Positions 39,967-53,711 of a DNA stretch of 64,000 nucleotides are shown piece after piece. The DNA comes from Moniliella sp. 'wahieum' (Eukaryota), in assembly GCA_003971905.1 (NCBI GenBank), contig RSEE01000003.1, positions 248,001 through 312,000 on the forward strand, in the 5' to 3' direction. The translations under genes were made by a program, and so were the position numbers. The notes beneath the pieces are model-generated. The model did not search any database. It was given only the letters and a program-made list of their open reading frames with translations, and had not been told where the DNA came from. Positions within the stretch are counted from its first letter, which is position 1. Every line of letters begins with the position of its first letter.

Positions 39967-40840
39967 CCGCTTGTACCACATCACCGGCGGCCCCATTCTT
40001 TCGATGACTTGTGCTATGCTACCTGATCTTACTTCTGTCCCACCCTTCCGCCATCCCTGCATCCCATCCAACTTCCTTTTTTTCCACCGGCCAGCATTCC
40101 TTTGCCACGCACTCCGCATCTTCTTGCCACAGTTATCACCCTTCGCTTTCGCTCGCTAATGTCCTCGTGACCTTCCACCTTACACCATTTTAGCGCGCCT
40201 TGGTCTTCGCTCTGGCCAAGTTGTGCGTGTAGAGTATATGCCTCCCCCTTCTTCCCCCTACCCTACGTCTGTGACTTCTCACTATTCACGCGATCGCCAT
40301 AGGTGACATTAATATGCATGCTTCTTGCCACTCCTCGTCTTCCGTAGCAGCTCATGCACCTACTAGACGCCTCGTTACCGACGTTACCCCTCCTCCGAGA
40401 AGTTATGTCCCCGCCTATACAATCTGGGCGAAGGCAGCTGTCGGGCTGGAGCGAGTGGTGATCTCTTGGTTAGCGAGGGCGTCACACGCCCAGTCGGTCA
40501 CGTTTGACGTGCTGTATGCACACTTTGGGGGTCGCCTGTAGTTTCACGCAAAGCAGCTAAAAGCGACATCAAGGCAGCGCCTTCCAGTCCACTGATTCAT
40601 CCGAAGGGAGAAGCTCGTTCCGAACGTTCCAACATAAACATCGCTCTCAACTCAATGCAGCCTCCTTCTACATCACAGATAGTAGGGCGCCACCACAGCC
40701 TCGGCAGACAGTCGCCACCAGAGGATGCGAACAGGTTCAATGAGGAATACGATTGACAATCGGATTCAAGCCATGACGGCGTCCAGGGCAGATATTGGTA
40801 TGTAGAGCGTCGGGATACAGGGGCAGGTCGGCTTTGCTGC

Positions 40841-42198
40841 TTACATGGCCTGCGTCGCATCAATCTCAATCGCCGGCACGATGCTGGCCATGAACTTGAG
40901 AAAGACGATGAGATACTGATCCACCCGTAGGCCTTCCGTCTCTATCTCACCCCCCGGGGAGGTGGATAATGGCGTGTCCGTCTTGGCTTCGGACGAGTCG
41001 CCTTCCCAGCGACCTTCTTCACAGCGTTCAGCCCCCAGGCGCGTTTCTTCCCTGGCTGTGATGTGACCGGAACGGGTGCTTGACCCGAGGCCGCCGCCTC
41101 TTGCCGCTGAGACTCGACCAGACTGGCGTTCATCCGCTCCAGAACTTTTTTCATCACCGAAGCATGCTTGCAGGGGTGGATGCTAGCGTGCTCATCCGTT
41201 CACTGTGAGGGAAGGGTTCGATCGTCACCGTCTTCTGAGCATAGTCGCTACTCACATCCTCAAAGATCTGGGTTGGCTTGAGGAGGGAACCATGCTCATC
41301 GTAGCCACCAGCCACATCCGAGGAGTTTGGTAGTACTTGTCATACGTGATGAGGCAATCGTACGTTCGCACGCTCAACAGGTTGGAGTTCTTGGCAGGTT
41401 CCAACGCCTCGGAGCTCGGGGCAGTAGCGACGGCAGTCGCGTCCTCCTCCTCCTCCAGTCCGGCTCCAAATGCACCCAAATCCTCGTCCATATCAGGAAT
41501 GTCAGGGATATCAGGGATGTCCCCCACCTCCTCGCCGGCCAAGGCATCGGCACTGTGCTCGCCACCTAAGCCAGCGACACGGCGAGCCAACTCATCCTCC
41601 TCGGCGGAAGTGAGCTTATGCTCCGGGGCAGTGTCGTCATCAAACGCATCGGGGATGTCCATAATCTCGCCACCATCACCCCCAGCCTCACGATCGGCAT
41701 CAGTACCAAGCCACCCGTCGTCTTTGTCCCCCAATTCGCCACCTTCGACAAAGTAGCTCTCAGGGTCGTCGCTAGCCCCAGCTCCCTTCTTTCCTCTCCC
41801 AAACCGCCGTTTTCCCACCGCCGCAGACTCCATCTGACTCACCCGGCGTAGACATGGCACGCCTCGGGAGATGAGATACTGCTTATCGTCCGGGAGAAAG
41901 TCGCGGCGCTTGGACTGGTCTCCCGAGGCCCAGGACCAGGTAGGGAACTTGTACGTGAGAAATCGCCGGCAGCAACAAATTCCTCTGTGCTGGGTTAGAC
42001 GACAAGGAGAAAATGACTGGCCGAGGAGGAGCAAGACATACCCGGAGTGATGCGGCCATGCTCCTTGAACTTGCTCTCGCGCAGCACGGGGCTCAGGTAG
42101 TCGCGCACGGCCCAAAAGTGGGTCTGAAAGCGTGGAGGACAAGGCAGTCAGGACCAATCAGCGCGGCGAGGCCAGGCACGCACCTGGATGGCATTCAT
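40841..42198 (-). CDS. ATG3: Autophagy E2-like enzyme Atg3
   Basis: [77 protein letters not shown], catalytic [40 protein letters not shown]. Confidence 0.97.
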
Positions 42199-43032
42199 AG
42201 CAAGCACTGGCCGGGGCAGCTGGATCGGCGCGACGGGGGGCAGGCGAAGCGGAGAGGCGAAGCGGCACGAGCGCGGGCGTTGGTTGATGAACGGCCTGGG
42301 CCGCTGCCGCTGCAGCACGCAGGGAGGCGGAGGCCACGCACACAACCCTAGCGGATGGCCCGGCCGGTATCATCACATCATCATACAGCTTCGGTGTAAC
42401 CTGTGTAACCTTGGTACAGTGGTCTCCTTGCGCAAGTATCACCGGTATAACCTCCTTCTCTGGCAGTCGCATGGATGGATTTCATGTCGAAGCCTCATAT
42501 ACGCAGGACACAGACAGTCGCTTCGTCTGTAGCCGGTCGTCGTCACCCATGCCGACTCTCTGCATGTTCGGTGGATGGCGCTCGCGATTAGTTGGGCAGA
42601 AGAGCGCTCGAATTGGAGAGGCTGTCGGAGGGGACACATCTCCCGTTCCTGTTCAGACGAGCAGATGTCGCCTTTGTTCCGAGCGCGGAGAAAGCTGGTG
42701 CAGTGCTATCCCCACCTGACTTGCACTCACTGCATGTTCAATTCCTACCTCCCGCTGTCCTCCTTCTGGGCTCGCGTTAGGCTAGCTCCGTCCCCTTCGG
42801 TCCCTCAGTGCTCACTTCAACACTGCGTCTCAACCTTCTTGGATAGGTGAAGGATATAGAAATTCCAAAATCCATGTCTGAGACGCAGCCAGGCGTCCAC
42901 GCAGGGCTGCCTCGACGGGATGAGCCGCAAACGCGTTGATGGACAGGAGAAGACCGAAGCAGAGGTGATGAATCAATGAAAAGGGGCAATGACGCCAAAA
43001 GGGAGATTACGCTGATGTCAAAAGGTGAGGTG

Positions 43033-45424
43033 TTCACTCGGCGCCACTTGTGGTACCAATTACCGCTGCACTCAAGGTAGTGTGGGTGTGGAAGGGGTGT
43101 GGGTGTGGCTCGTGTGACTCGCCTGAGCTTGGGTACCTGTCCCCTTTCCCGAGCGAGATTTAGTTGATCCCTTCCCAATGACTGCAAATAGTCAGTAAGG
43201 CCCAAACAACAACGAGGGGCAAAGGACGTACACCAACTTGGCACCCATCCTCGTGCAAATGTGCCAGTCTCTTGGACGCAATATGACCAATGATTATATC
43301 GCTTAAAGACTCGCAGGTGAGTGTCCTTTGGCAAGATCCAAGGTTCGCCCTCATCCAGCAGAGCCGGAGTGCAGAGGCAAGAAGAATGGGGTGGAGTCGT
43401 TACTGGTGCAGAAGAGGCTTGTTTCCTGTGGATGGCGAGGTAGAGGCGATGGCGGCAAAAGCTTGGGCATCGTATGTCATCAAGACGACGCCTGGGGTTG
43501 AGGTACTGAGGATGAGGGAAGGCGCGATAGGGAGGGTGGTGATCCGTTTCAAGTCCCGAATCGGTGCCGAGGGACCAAGAGTGGATGGCTAATCTCGAGC
43601 AGACAACCTGCAGGCACCCAACCTGTCGTGCGTACCAGGGGAAATTCCCTCGCCCCTCACCAGGCCCTGGAAGAGAGGAAAGTGGCACGCTGGAGGTATC
43701 ATAGTCGCACGCCCCGGTTCCATCGGCCATAGGATCACCTTGGACAACCCACCAGCCCTTGGCTTTGGAAATGACAATGTACGAGTCCCCCACGGTCACA
43801 TTCAGTTCATCCGCGCGCTCTTGCTGTACGGGTAGATGGCAACCGCGTACGTAGGGTTTGAAGGACGTGATACATTGGCGCCGGGACCCGACATGCGAGC
43901 TGTGGCCGCCCGATCAGGATGCACATTTGGCCCCGCCCAGGTCAAAGATTGGCGTCTCTTCTGCCAATAGGCGGGTTGAGGCCCATACGCGAGGCAATGA
44001 TCCACTCCCTCCGAGCGCGACAAGGCTCTGCATTACAGGAGGAGGGGCCTCATCCTCGGTAGTCAAGAATGAAGCCGCCGAGTCAATGGCGGTGCCTCTG
44101 TTAGGGCCCGCTTACGCGTTCATTTAGTGCTCCCGTGCTGCTTGAGCTGCTTGAGCCTTACCCCTGGCAATGTTCGCTCGGGCTCTTAATGTCGCGGATG
44201 TGACGGAGTAAAGACAGGGTTTGATTCTGGTCAGCAGTTTTTGGAATAGGAGCAGTGGACGTTCGTCCAACGACAATACACCGTTCTTGATCGCCAGCCC
44301 GCTGGTCCCAGGTACACTGTGGTAGCAAATGAAGAGCACATACTGCTTCCAATCGTCCACAATCTTGTACTTTTAAGGGCAGCAGGTAAAACCTTGTCCG
44401 TCGGATCCTCCATCGTGACGCGGAAGGACTTGTATACACTGCCCCGACCACTCGACCGGATCGCCAGCGTACCTGATCCCGAGGTCGACGAATCTGCTGT
44501 GGGAGCCATCGCATCGACCTTGTATGTTCTGCTGGATCGTTAGCAAAGCTGGGTGACGTGGGAGGAAGGTCGGGTTGGCTTGGGTTTGCGTCGAGGGGCG
44601 AGAGGGGTCGGCCAGACCCTTATCCTCCTCTTGACTTGGATTCCTTGTTTCCATCGACCAGGGATATTGGAATGCTAGCGATGCAGTTCTAGGGCTGGCG
44701 GCGGCATCCGCTGGGAGTGAAACCTGGGAAGGCAGCGGGGCCGAACCAGGGGCAGAACTGGGAAGACGTAAAGGTCCGGGAGGCGCACTGGAGGCACTAT
44801 GCGGTGGGCTGGCGGGGAGGGGAGGCAGGAGGCTGTGGGGACATGGGAGGTTTCCTCCGTCGGGGCACCGGGTGGGAGACTTGGCCATGTACACTGGGCC
44901 CGGCAGGTGCCGAGAGTGGGGTAGAAGAGGGGCAGGTGCACGCGTATCGCCCACAGCTCGCACAGGGCGCCGCCAACGGGGGCACAGGGGTAGTGGGTGC
45001 AACCATGCGCTGCAGAGCTTTGAGCGTAGCGGAGAGGGAGGCCACATGCAACTCGAGCGCGGCAATCCGCGGGTCGTCCTGCCCGGGCGAGGAGAAGCAG
45101 GGTATGGTTCTTGCGGTTGGTCAGGCACACCAAAGGAGGCAGGGACGTAGTCCTGGTTGGCGCGGATGGGGATACCGTATTTCTTCTTGAGCGCATAGAT
45201 GGCATTCAGAAGAGCGATGCGTTGTCCAACGCTACGCACGCCCATGTCGGCAAGGGCCTCATCGTCAACAAGCGGTAACAGAGCCGGTGACGCCGTGCTC
45301 GGCAAAGGCGCGGGCATGCTGGCCCAGCTTGAGGCTGTCGAGCCAGCGGGCAACAGAGCGTGCGTCCCAGTCGTCCAGCGAGGGAAACGCTGCTGGCCTG
45401 GGCAGGCGATATGGGGCTGCTCAT
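43033..45424 (-). CDS. STE50: MAPK adaptor Ste50/Ubc2 (SAM-RA-SH3-SH3)
   Basis: SAM (WDARSVARWLDSLKLGQH...DDEALADMGVRSVGQRIALL). RA domain (YKSFRVTMEDPTDKVLPAALK...DDWKQYVLFICY, LSLDERPLLLFQKL). SH3 (YAVAIYPY...VGDSYIVISKAKGWWVV). Second SH3-like (LRVFKRYNHWSYCVQE...RGWVPSW). The C-terminal SH3s are the basidiomycete Ubc2 architecture. Confidence 0.9.
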
Positions 45425-46059
45425 GGCCAGCACGTGGTATGGTGGCGAGGGGCGATGGTGGCGAGTGAATGCGCGCAGGTCGACAGGGGAGCGGCTCCGC
45501 TCGCGTGGCGGGGACTCGACTTGCGGGCGGCGGAGCCAGCGGCCTGGGGATGGCGGAGCTCTGGTGGGGTGGCGGGGCTTACGTATGCACGCCTCATGGC
45601 GATTCATGGATGATCGATGACCGGTGTTGATGATCGATCTTGTTGGTTCCATATGGTTCTGGCATTTTGCTGTGCTGTTGCATGAATAGGTGCCCGGCGG
45701 GAAGGACAAAGGGGGAGAGGGCAAAACGGTTTATACCTGCCAACATATCCACCTGTGCGCTCTGTGGGGTGCATCGACCTCGATAGAGATCGCCGTTTCC
45801 ACACTATAGAGAGAGGTAGGGGGAAGAGAGCACAAAACAATATATTTTGGTTGTCCCCTTGCGGTATATATACCCCTTCCGAGAGTGGCATTATGTGACG
45901 TGGGCGTTGAATATACTCGCATTCTATTGAGACTGTGATGAGTGTTTCTGGGGATTTTTACTTCCCTCTGGTATACCTGCTTTCATAAGAGACGCAGAAA
46001 GCACAAAAATGACCAATGTTTTATCATCAACACATCTCGCGCTGTTCATTAATCGTCAT

Positions 46060-47020
46060 TGTCCCCGGTTACAGTCTTCGTTTTTACAGAGCCGAGCGTC
46101 CCCGCGTCTCGATCGGGTAAGTGCACACCAACAAACCGCTGAACATAAACTGCAGAGCATAACAATCCAGTCAGATAAGAGTAGGATGGGGAAACAAACA
46201 TAGTATCTGACGCGGGGTGCGATACAGGGGTGTAGAAAGAGGAGGCCGACGTACCATACCAGCAGCAGTGAAGAGGGCCGATACATTCTTCGAATAGATG
46301 GCAATGAGAGGCGATATTATCCCGCATAGACGGTTGGCAGCAGCACAGAGAGCGTCGCCGGTACCCGCGGGAGGAGCCGGGATCAACTCGGGCGCAAGAG
46401 GTAAGAACAGCATACATGATCTGTTGGGTAAAAGCGACCATACAACTGAACGCCGAATTGGAACTAGATGTCTTGGCCGTAGTAAAGGCGAACATGAATA
46501 TACCCGAGAGGAAGAACCGAAGGGCCAAGCTGCCTTGCGCCCGACTAACGGAAGTTTCGGCCGCAAAAGCGCCCAAGAAGGAACCCGGAAGGGCGCATAC
46601 CGACACGATAACATAGTTGCGGTATGTGAGATCGACTGAGCTCGCCCCTCCGGTCTTGTAGTGGGAAGAAAGATATTCGGCAAGTAGGACGAAAAGAGGG
46701 GTTCTGCAATCCCACAAGAGCCCATGTTAGAATCAAGGCCGACATGGTGTAGGCCATCCTTACACTTTGGAAAAGTGGAGTAATGTGTGCCATGCTCGGA
46801 CGGAAGGTGCTCCAACTGATCCCCACAAACATAGTAGACCAGCCACCTCGGTCTTGTCCGTCAAAGTGTCACCCTCAGACTTTCCTTCTGGATCTTCTCC
46901 TGCCACCTCACGCAACAGGCGCACTGACAAGACATCCTCCGGCAGATCTTTTCCGTTGCGACGGGCAATCTCCTGCATTGACGCCACTGCAGCTGAGTCA
47001 CGGCCTTTAGATCAAGGAAC
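46060..47020 (-). CDS. MFS transporter (SV2-like), only the C-terminal half readable
   Basis: SKGRDSAAVASMQEIARRNG, YRNYVIVSVCALPGSFLG, VGRKAA, QQIMYAVL, PELIPAP..GTGDALCAAANRLCGIISPLIA. The N-terminal half is missing or garbled beyond 47020. Confidence 0.75.
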
Positions 47021-47399
47021 TAGGCTGACTAGCCGGCGGTAAATCCCCCACATATATTCCAGTCAATAACTTGGTTCCATATATCGCCTCCCCATCATAG
47101 ATCTACACGGGCAGTCTCGACTATGTGGTTACGACGATTTGGGTTCGTGATCTACACCCCCTTCCCGCATGTTGGTGTGGTAACACAATAACACCCCTTT
47201 TAGAAAACTTCTTGTACCCCGCGATATGGTTTTTGTCCCCCCAGTTCTGTGCTGTGGGTGTTACACACCCAAAACATCCTTTTGCCCTTTTTTCCTAGTA
47301 TAGTGATCCTATACGATATTGATGGCAAGTTTGATGCGTTGTTGATTTGCTCTCACATCCAGCAAGATCGACAGTACACTATGTGCTCATGCACGGGTC

Positions 47400-47965
47400 A
47401 AGAAAGGGGCCTCACCCCCGGGGACGCCAAGCCAGGCGAGAGCCTCTGAGTTTGATCAATGCGATTCTTGCCGACGGGCTCTTGCATGTGACAGGAATAC
47501 TAGCAATGTGGCTCATGGAGCTTGATGGCTGTTCCTCGGGATGCGATCATGACCCGGATTCAAGGTGACTGGGCTGTCACGTTCTCGGGTTTCGCCGACT
47601 GTGTCTGCAAAAAACAGTCAAGGCAGATAGGATCCGCTCCGCGCTCACGCTCTTCTGTGTGTGGCCTCTTTCCCGAAGATGGCTGCTTATTGAGCGCTGG
47701 AAGAAGAGTCTTAATTAAGAAAAGGTTTTCATTGGGGATGGTTGATGTTCATCGCTCACACGCCATCATCTCGTTCATTCGTAGCCCCTCTCGCGCAGAT
47801 ACATCCGGTTTGGAAACGACAGTTCGTGCTCTCCCCGAGAACCCGATGATATTTGTGAGATGCTCTTCAGTAAATCTCGCTGGCCGTGATGAACCATGAA
47901 GAGGAAGCCTTTTGCCATTTTGTCATCCACTTTTGGGATTTTCATCTCGATGTTCTCTTGCATAC
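47400..47965 (-). CDS. Possible spliced hypothetical gene
   Basis: MQENIEMKIPKVDDKMAKGFLFMVHHGQRDLLKSI, plus two intron-like segments (GTGAGC...TAAG about 47759-47710; GTGAGC...TTGCAG about 47648-47605). Confidence 0.3.
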
Positions 47966-48137
47966 CTGCTCGTTTACTATACATATATTCGTCAGTCTAT
48001 ATGCATAGCGAGCTGCTTTGCGTCTATCTTGTTTTGTACATGAAGGTAGATAGAAGAAACAGTGGGGATGTGATTCACATTCCTCCATCTTCATCGCATC
48101 AATTCTCAGTAACATTGACCGGAAACGGATAGAGATA

Positions 48138-48158
48138 CACGGGCGGGTGTGAAAAATT
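48138..48158 (+). repeat. Left TIR
   Basis: ta|cacgggcgggtgtgaaaaatt. Confidence 0.92.
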
Positions 48159-48575
48159 GAAACATGGGTCATGGCGGGATTGGAAAATGGGTAGATCGGC
48201 TGGATAAGCGGAGTGGGGCTGAGGAGGCCGTGGCAGAGACCCGACGCTTGTGGCGACATCCATTTGGGGCTGCAACCGACGCCTCACCGTCTGGCCTCTT
48301 ACTCCATAACCGCCCCTTCGCTTCGGCCATGCCCGTGCGCATGGGACGCATGACAGTCACCCGTCACCTGGCTCGTTCGCCGGCAAAAGAAGCTTATGTG
48401 CGCATGCGCATCATGTCAAAGCGCCGCCCACCGCCCCATCTCACGTCTCGAGAGGTTCCGGCTGATGGGTCCGGGATGCGCACCACCCTATGGCCTGGCT
48501 ACTGACGACTGACTACTGACACCAAACCTATACTCATCCTCATCGCGCGATGCATATGTCCATTTGGTTCTCGCA

Positions 48576-51500
48576 TCAATCATTATCACTGTCCGAAGAG
48601 TCGCCGCTGTTGCCCCCTCCTCCGACAGCGGCCACGGCAGGTGTCTTCTTCTTGGCGCGCTTGTCCCACAGGTGCATGGCACCGTTCGTTGCAATCCTCT
48701 GGGCCACGTCTTTGCTCAGCGCGTTGGCGCTCAGTTCGGGGGACTTCCAGCTGATCCTCAAGTCCATGTGCGGCTTGTGGTGTGGTGGACTTCGCATAGC
48801 GTATTCGTTCAATACCAGCCGCTTCCCATTCTTGGCTTTAAAATGAGAAGCCGCCGGGATGAAGTACTCCATCGCCTCATTCTCCCCCGAGACTGGGTCC
48901 TTCTCGTAGTTGTGCACCAGTATTTTCTCGCCGTCTTGCTCTATCATGCACTTCTTGGTGCAGGCGTGCTGGAGAGGCGCCTCGCTGCCAACATCCTGTG
49001 GTCACAATGTCCCAGTGTCAGTACTTGATGAGCAATTGTCACGCAGCCGGATTCAGCACTCATCGGTGCTCACCATCAATAGGGCAAACTCTTCTGGAGC
49101 ATCACCATCATCGAGTTCGCGGACAATGCGGCAGCCTGAGCGATGCGTGCTACCCGTGATGATGTACGGCCTGTACCCGACCCAGGCAGCCTTCTCATCC
49201 AACGGGTCGCGCCCAATCCGGAGGATCTTGCCAATAACAAAGTCGGCGGACGCGCTGTACTCGGCCGACTTCTGGCCGATCGTCACGTTCATCCCCACAC
49301 GGATCATCTCCCCTGTAGCGATAACAGCCGCCTTGCCCACCAGGTACTGCGCCCGCACCTTGACACGGTCCGCCAACTGGAAACGACCCAGCTCCTCGTC
49401 GGTGAGGTTGTTGCAACCCACCGAGGATTGGTTCTTGGCTGGGGCCAGCACCACTCGTGGAATCGCCATGCCATCAGAGTCGTAGTCGGGCTCTTCCTTC
49501 CCTTGCTCCAGCACCCGGGAGGAGCTCCAGGCCGAGCCACCACCGAGCCGTCACTAGACACATCATACCCCGGTGAAGAGTGGTGCAGAATCTTCTCGGC
49601 GACCATGACGTTGTACAAGGTGTCACGCGGGAGGTTCTGGAAGTTGCAATGGGCAACGGACGCACGGATGTGCTTCACGCGACCCTCGAATCTGGCAGCG
49701 TCCGTGTTCTGGAGAGGGCCGAACAATTCGAGCGCATCAGACGTATGCGCCAGGAGGAGATGGAGCTTCGGTCGCGTCGCGATCATGGCGCTGTCGGGGC
49801 CGAGTCTCGAAAGGCGTTCGATCAGTCGGTATGCAGTCTGGGTCACCCGGTACTGTTCCAGCCATAACAGGCATGTCAGCGTCTAAACCCGTATATCAAT
49901 CAAGGCTGTGGGACGTACCATGAACTGGGCCCTGGCCTGCCCGGCTGCCGGGTACCATGTCCTGGAAAGCAAACCATGCAGGTCGGCTGCCGCGACGATA
50001 GCATCATAAAGCGGAATCGGAAACGTGAACTCCTTCTCATTGTTGGCCTCTTTTCCGGTCTCAAGGATAGGGAGTGCCGCGAATGGGAGAGCCACAAGCA
50101 TAGTGCGCACATCTTTCCCAACCCCAGTCTTTAGGTTAGCCATCAAACCCTTAGCTCGGATCTTGGTGCCCTCTGCGCCAGGGATACCCTCCGTGTTGAG
50201 ACCGCTGATGAATATCGCCAATTGCTCCTTCGCCTTAGGCTTCACCCTTGTCGCCACCAACTTTAGCAGGTCCTTCCCTATTCCGAGGAGGAAGGTGTGA
50301 AGAAAGTCGAGGGGAAAGCAGTCCGCCACATCAAACTGCGGCAGGGACAGCGCCGGGCACATCAAGAAACTCTTCCGTCGCAGATCGTCCGCCTCGGATT
50401 GGTTCAGCTCAATGACCCTAGCCCTTGTCTTAGGCAAAGCAAATCCCTTCCGGGACGGGCGAGTGTGAATGGGCTGCTTCTCACCCTTATTCTCGAACAT
50501 GTGTCGGCGACACAGGCAGCAGAGTCGGTGGACGTTGGGGTCCCTGTCGCCCGTCGCGGCGCGTTCCCGGTCGTATGCAGCGTTATTGCCCAGGATAGCG
50601 TGATCCACCTGCCTCTCGAGGTTCGCTTGGATCTGCTTATTGCTTCGCTTCACACCTCCTGTGAGCACATGCAGAATTTGGTCAGCATGGCCGCGGTTCT
50701 GGAAATTGGCCCCGCAAATACGGCAGCACAGGGGGCTAGGACTGAGGGCACGGGCAGCAAGGTGGTTTCCCGCTGGGTTGTCCGCTACCACAGCATGAAC
50801 AAGGGGGATGAGGACAATCGGGCGGCCTGATATTCCGTCGGCCCCCTTGATGCCTGTCTTTCCCCATATCCTGAGCAGAAATGCCAGTCAGCGGTGATAT
50901 ATAAGATAGCTTAGTAACAAAGACATACTGGACCTGGCGCACAAGGGCCTCAAACGCGCGCACTTCATCAGTTCCCAGCTTGACCATGAACAAACTCGTA
51001 CCCTCATCCGCGAACAGGTGGCTTTGAGGAAGACCGGCCCAGGACAGGTAGATGACTGTTGCACCCGCACGCTGCCGGCTGTGGCTGAAAACGCGCGCGT
51101 CGTCGCACCAAGCCATCATGGGTGCAAAGATAACGCGGTCGGCACCATGCTCCTTAGACATGGCGCGGAGCGAGTTCTGCGCCACAACGTCACCAGACTG
51201 GTCGCGAAATGACAGGCGACGGTAGGCCTGTTCCTTGAAGGGCGTGAGATCGTCGAGTGGAACAACCGATTGTTCAGCTGTAGGGGACACACGATATGTT
51301 TGCCGTATCATGCCAGCGGCGCCTCCAGCACCATCATCCAGAACCATGTCTCTCACACGGGCCATTACACGCCGAGGAGCGTTTGAGTCAGCTTCAATGT
51401 GCCATCCTTGGACAAGAACGATCCCTGGGGATGGGGAGGTTGTGTGTCAGGTCTCTGCCTCTTCACAGCCGCGGGTTCGTCCAACCAAAATACTCTCCCG

Positions 51501-52736
51501 CAGCTGTTGACAGCAGTCGGCTGTCGTGACATGACCTTATAGAAACGTTGGCCATCTGATACGTTGCGCACCACAGCTCGCTTCACTGGCAAGTCCTCGA
51601 TCACGCTCCGCAAGCGGGTGTTGCCATACGCCAGACGTGCGATCTCATCCAATGGACTGAAGTACGTCTCGCTCAGAGAAGAGTCAACATACTTCGGAAC
51701 AGATGTGAACGGCCCGTTGAGTTTCCTCCGCACTTGCGACACCTTGTGCCATGTAGGTATGGCGCACTGCAAGCAGCGGGCGAGCCGCATCAAGAGCAAT
51801 GCTGCCCGGGCCTGGCGCCTTGAGAAGGAGAATACCGAGCCATAGAACACGTTCATAACTGCCCAGATCTGCGGCTGGCAGGTTAATCTCACCAGTCACA
51901 CTCAAACGAGCAAGAGAGCAAGAATGTGACATGTGACGTACCATTGGTGACTCAAAGACGCCTGCGGCAGGCCATGACGCTGGGGGATTGGCCACCAGTC
52001 GTTCCAGAAGCTTGATCCTTGCTTCAGCAGCATGAGGCTTGGGCCGCCAGCCGTGATGCTGCCGTCTCTGTGTGGCGGAAGACGCAATGCATCCGGCTGC
52101 GTGCGCCGTGGCGTTCGACCCTGCGCCCATCATCTCCCTGTCCCAGTCGAGGTCATCCTCGGCATCAGTCCAGTTCGAGTCATCTTCGTCGCCGATCACA
52201 TCATCACCTTGGCCCAAAAGCAAGTGCTCGAGAGTCTCTTGGTTGCGGATTTGCTCGACACGCTCATTCGAGGCGCCGAGCGGGTTGTCACGCGCCCACG
52301 GGCGGCAAAGGACACGCCCGTGGGCTCTTGAAGGCGGTTCAAAGGAAACACTGGGCTGCGTCTGGCCTAACTCGTCCTCGGCCATGGTAGTGTCTACAGG
52401 TGAAGAGGCACGGGAAGCAGGGGAAGGCGAGCGTGCGTTAGGTGGCTGGGGGGGCATGCTCGCATCTTCGGCCACCTCGTCAATGGCGTGGGCGTGACTA
52501 GCCCCCATCCTCGCACCCAGCACCACGTTATGGATGTGCTTGCGCACCTTCGCGTGCTTGAGTGCATCAAACTGGGTCATCGGTCGAACTGGGCAAGCAC
52601 GGCACTGGAACAGCAACCTCCCGTTCTGCTGCACCGTGGACCAGGCCGAGGAAACAGGTACAGCAGATGCTGTCCCATTGTGCACGTGTGCGAGCTTGTT
52701 CCATCGGGCGGCACCACTGAGCCGAGGTCGAAGCAT
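48576..52736 (-). CDS. Fungal EnSpm/CACTA-type DDE transposase with N-terminal C2H2 zinc finger
   Basis: Start context GCCACCGCCATG at 52736. Zinc finger FQCRAC-x12-H-x5-H. Candidate catalytic and structural motifs PMMAWCDD, VVADNP, CCRIC, PLDFLHTFLLGIGK, RPKLHLLLAH...FGPL...RFEG. Introns at about 51941-51888, 50928-50871, 49918-49853 and near 49000. Some frameshifts. Confidence 0.85.
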
Positions 52737-53711
52737 GGCGGTGGCGACTTGGTAAGGATGGGCGATGGGTTGTACATGATGCATGGGTGTGGGTGCTTTT
52801 CTTGCCACCGGCCCGACAGACAATCGCGGCCCTCCAACCTTAAACCTTGCCCCCCCTGTCCCATACAGACCAGAGACGCACGCTCTCCCGCTTTTTGATG
52901 CTCTTCCAAGGCGTATTACATTCGTGATCCCCTATCTGATGAGAGTGGCAGTCCAGATGGCCACCCTAATGGGTGATGCGATAGCACTATAGTGTTGGTC
53001 GTGTGGTGGTCGAATACGCCACCAGCCAACGACACGCCTAATACAAGGATGCATCAAAAAGAGCAACAGAGGCTATACCTTAGGGATGCGGAGATCATGC
53101 ATCTTGGGAAAAGAAAACGCAAAAGTTAAATTGAATTAATGGTTACAACATCGGAGCTCCTTGAACTGCACGGGGCGCGATAGACCCTGGTCGAAACACA
53201 CAGACCATACTGATGCGGCTCTTCTCACAATATCCCTAGATCGCGTCTATTTCATTGACAGAGCGTAAGGCTGGGACAGGGGGAACCCTGCGTCTAAACC
53301 TAATAACCGTTCATCTTGCGGGGGTTGCTTGTTGGATGCGCCACCAAGGTTAAGGAACCAGAGGGATCGCCAGGATATCAGGACCCTCCGGTTCTCACCA
53401 TCCGGTCCTATATTATCCCTCGATTCGCCCTGTGCACTTTTAACATCAGCTGCCCCGTGCCACCTTCCACGCCCCCTGCAGCCAGCAAGCATCGGTTATA
53501 TTATTTCTCTATGTCGGTGTTGGCGACCGTGGAACGGTGGCTACGGTGGCGAAGTGGAAAAGGTGCTAAGGTGGCGACGCAGCATCAAGCTGGAGCGAAG
53601 CCCCAGCTGACCGGGCCGTAGGCCCGGTGGTCCTCCTTGTGTATAAGCGCATTACAACTTCCTTCCCAACCAACACCGTTGTGCTTATACAGCTTACCAA
53701 CTGTACCGACA

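Noticed and set aside
48136..48158. Tc1/mariner assignment from the TA flanks
   Set aside because: The 9-kb size, CAC termini, subterminal array and large transposase with CxxC and DxxH motifs fit EnSpm/CMC, not a compact DD34D/E enzyme.
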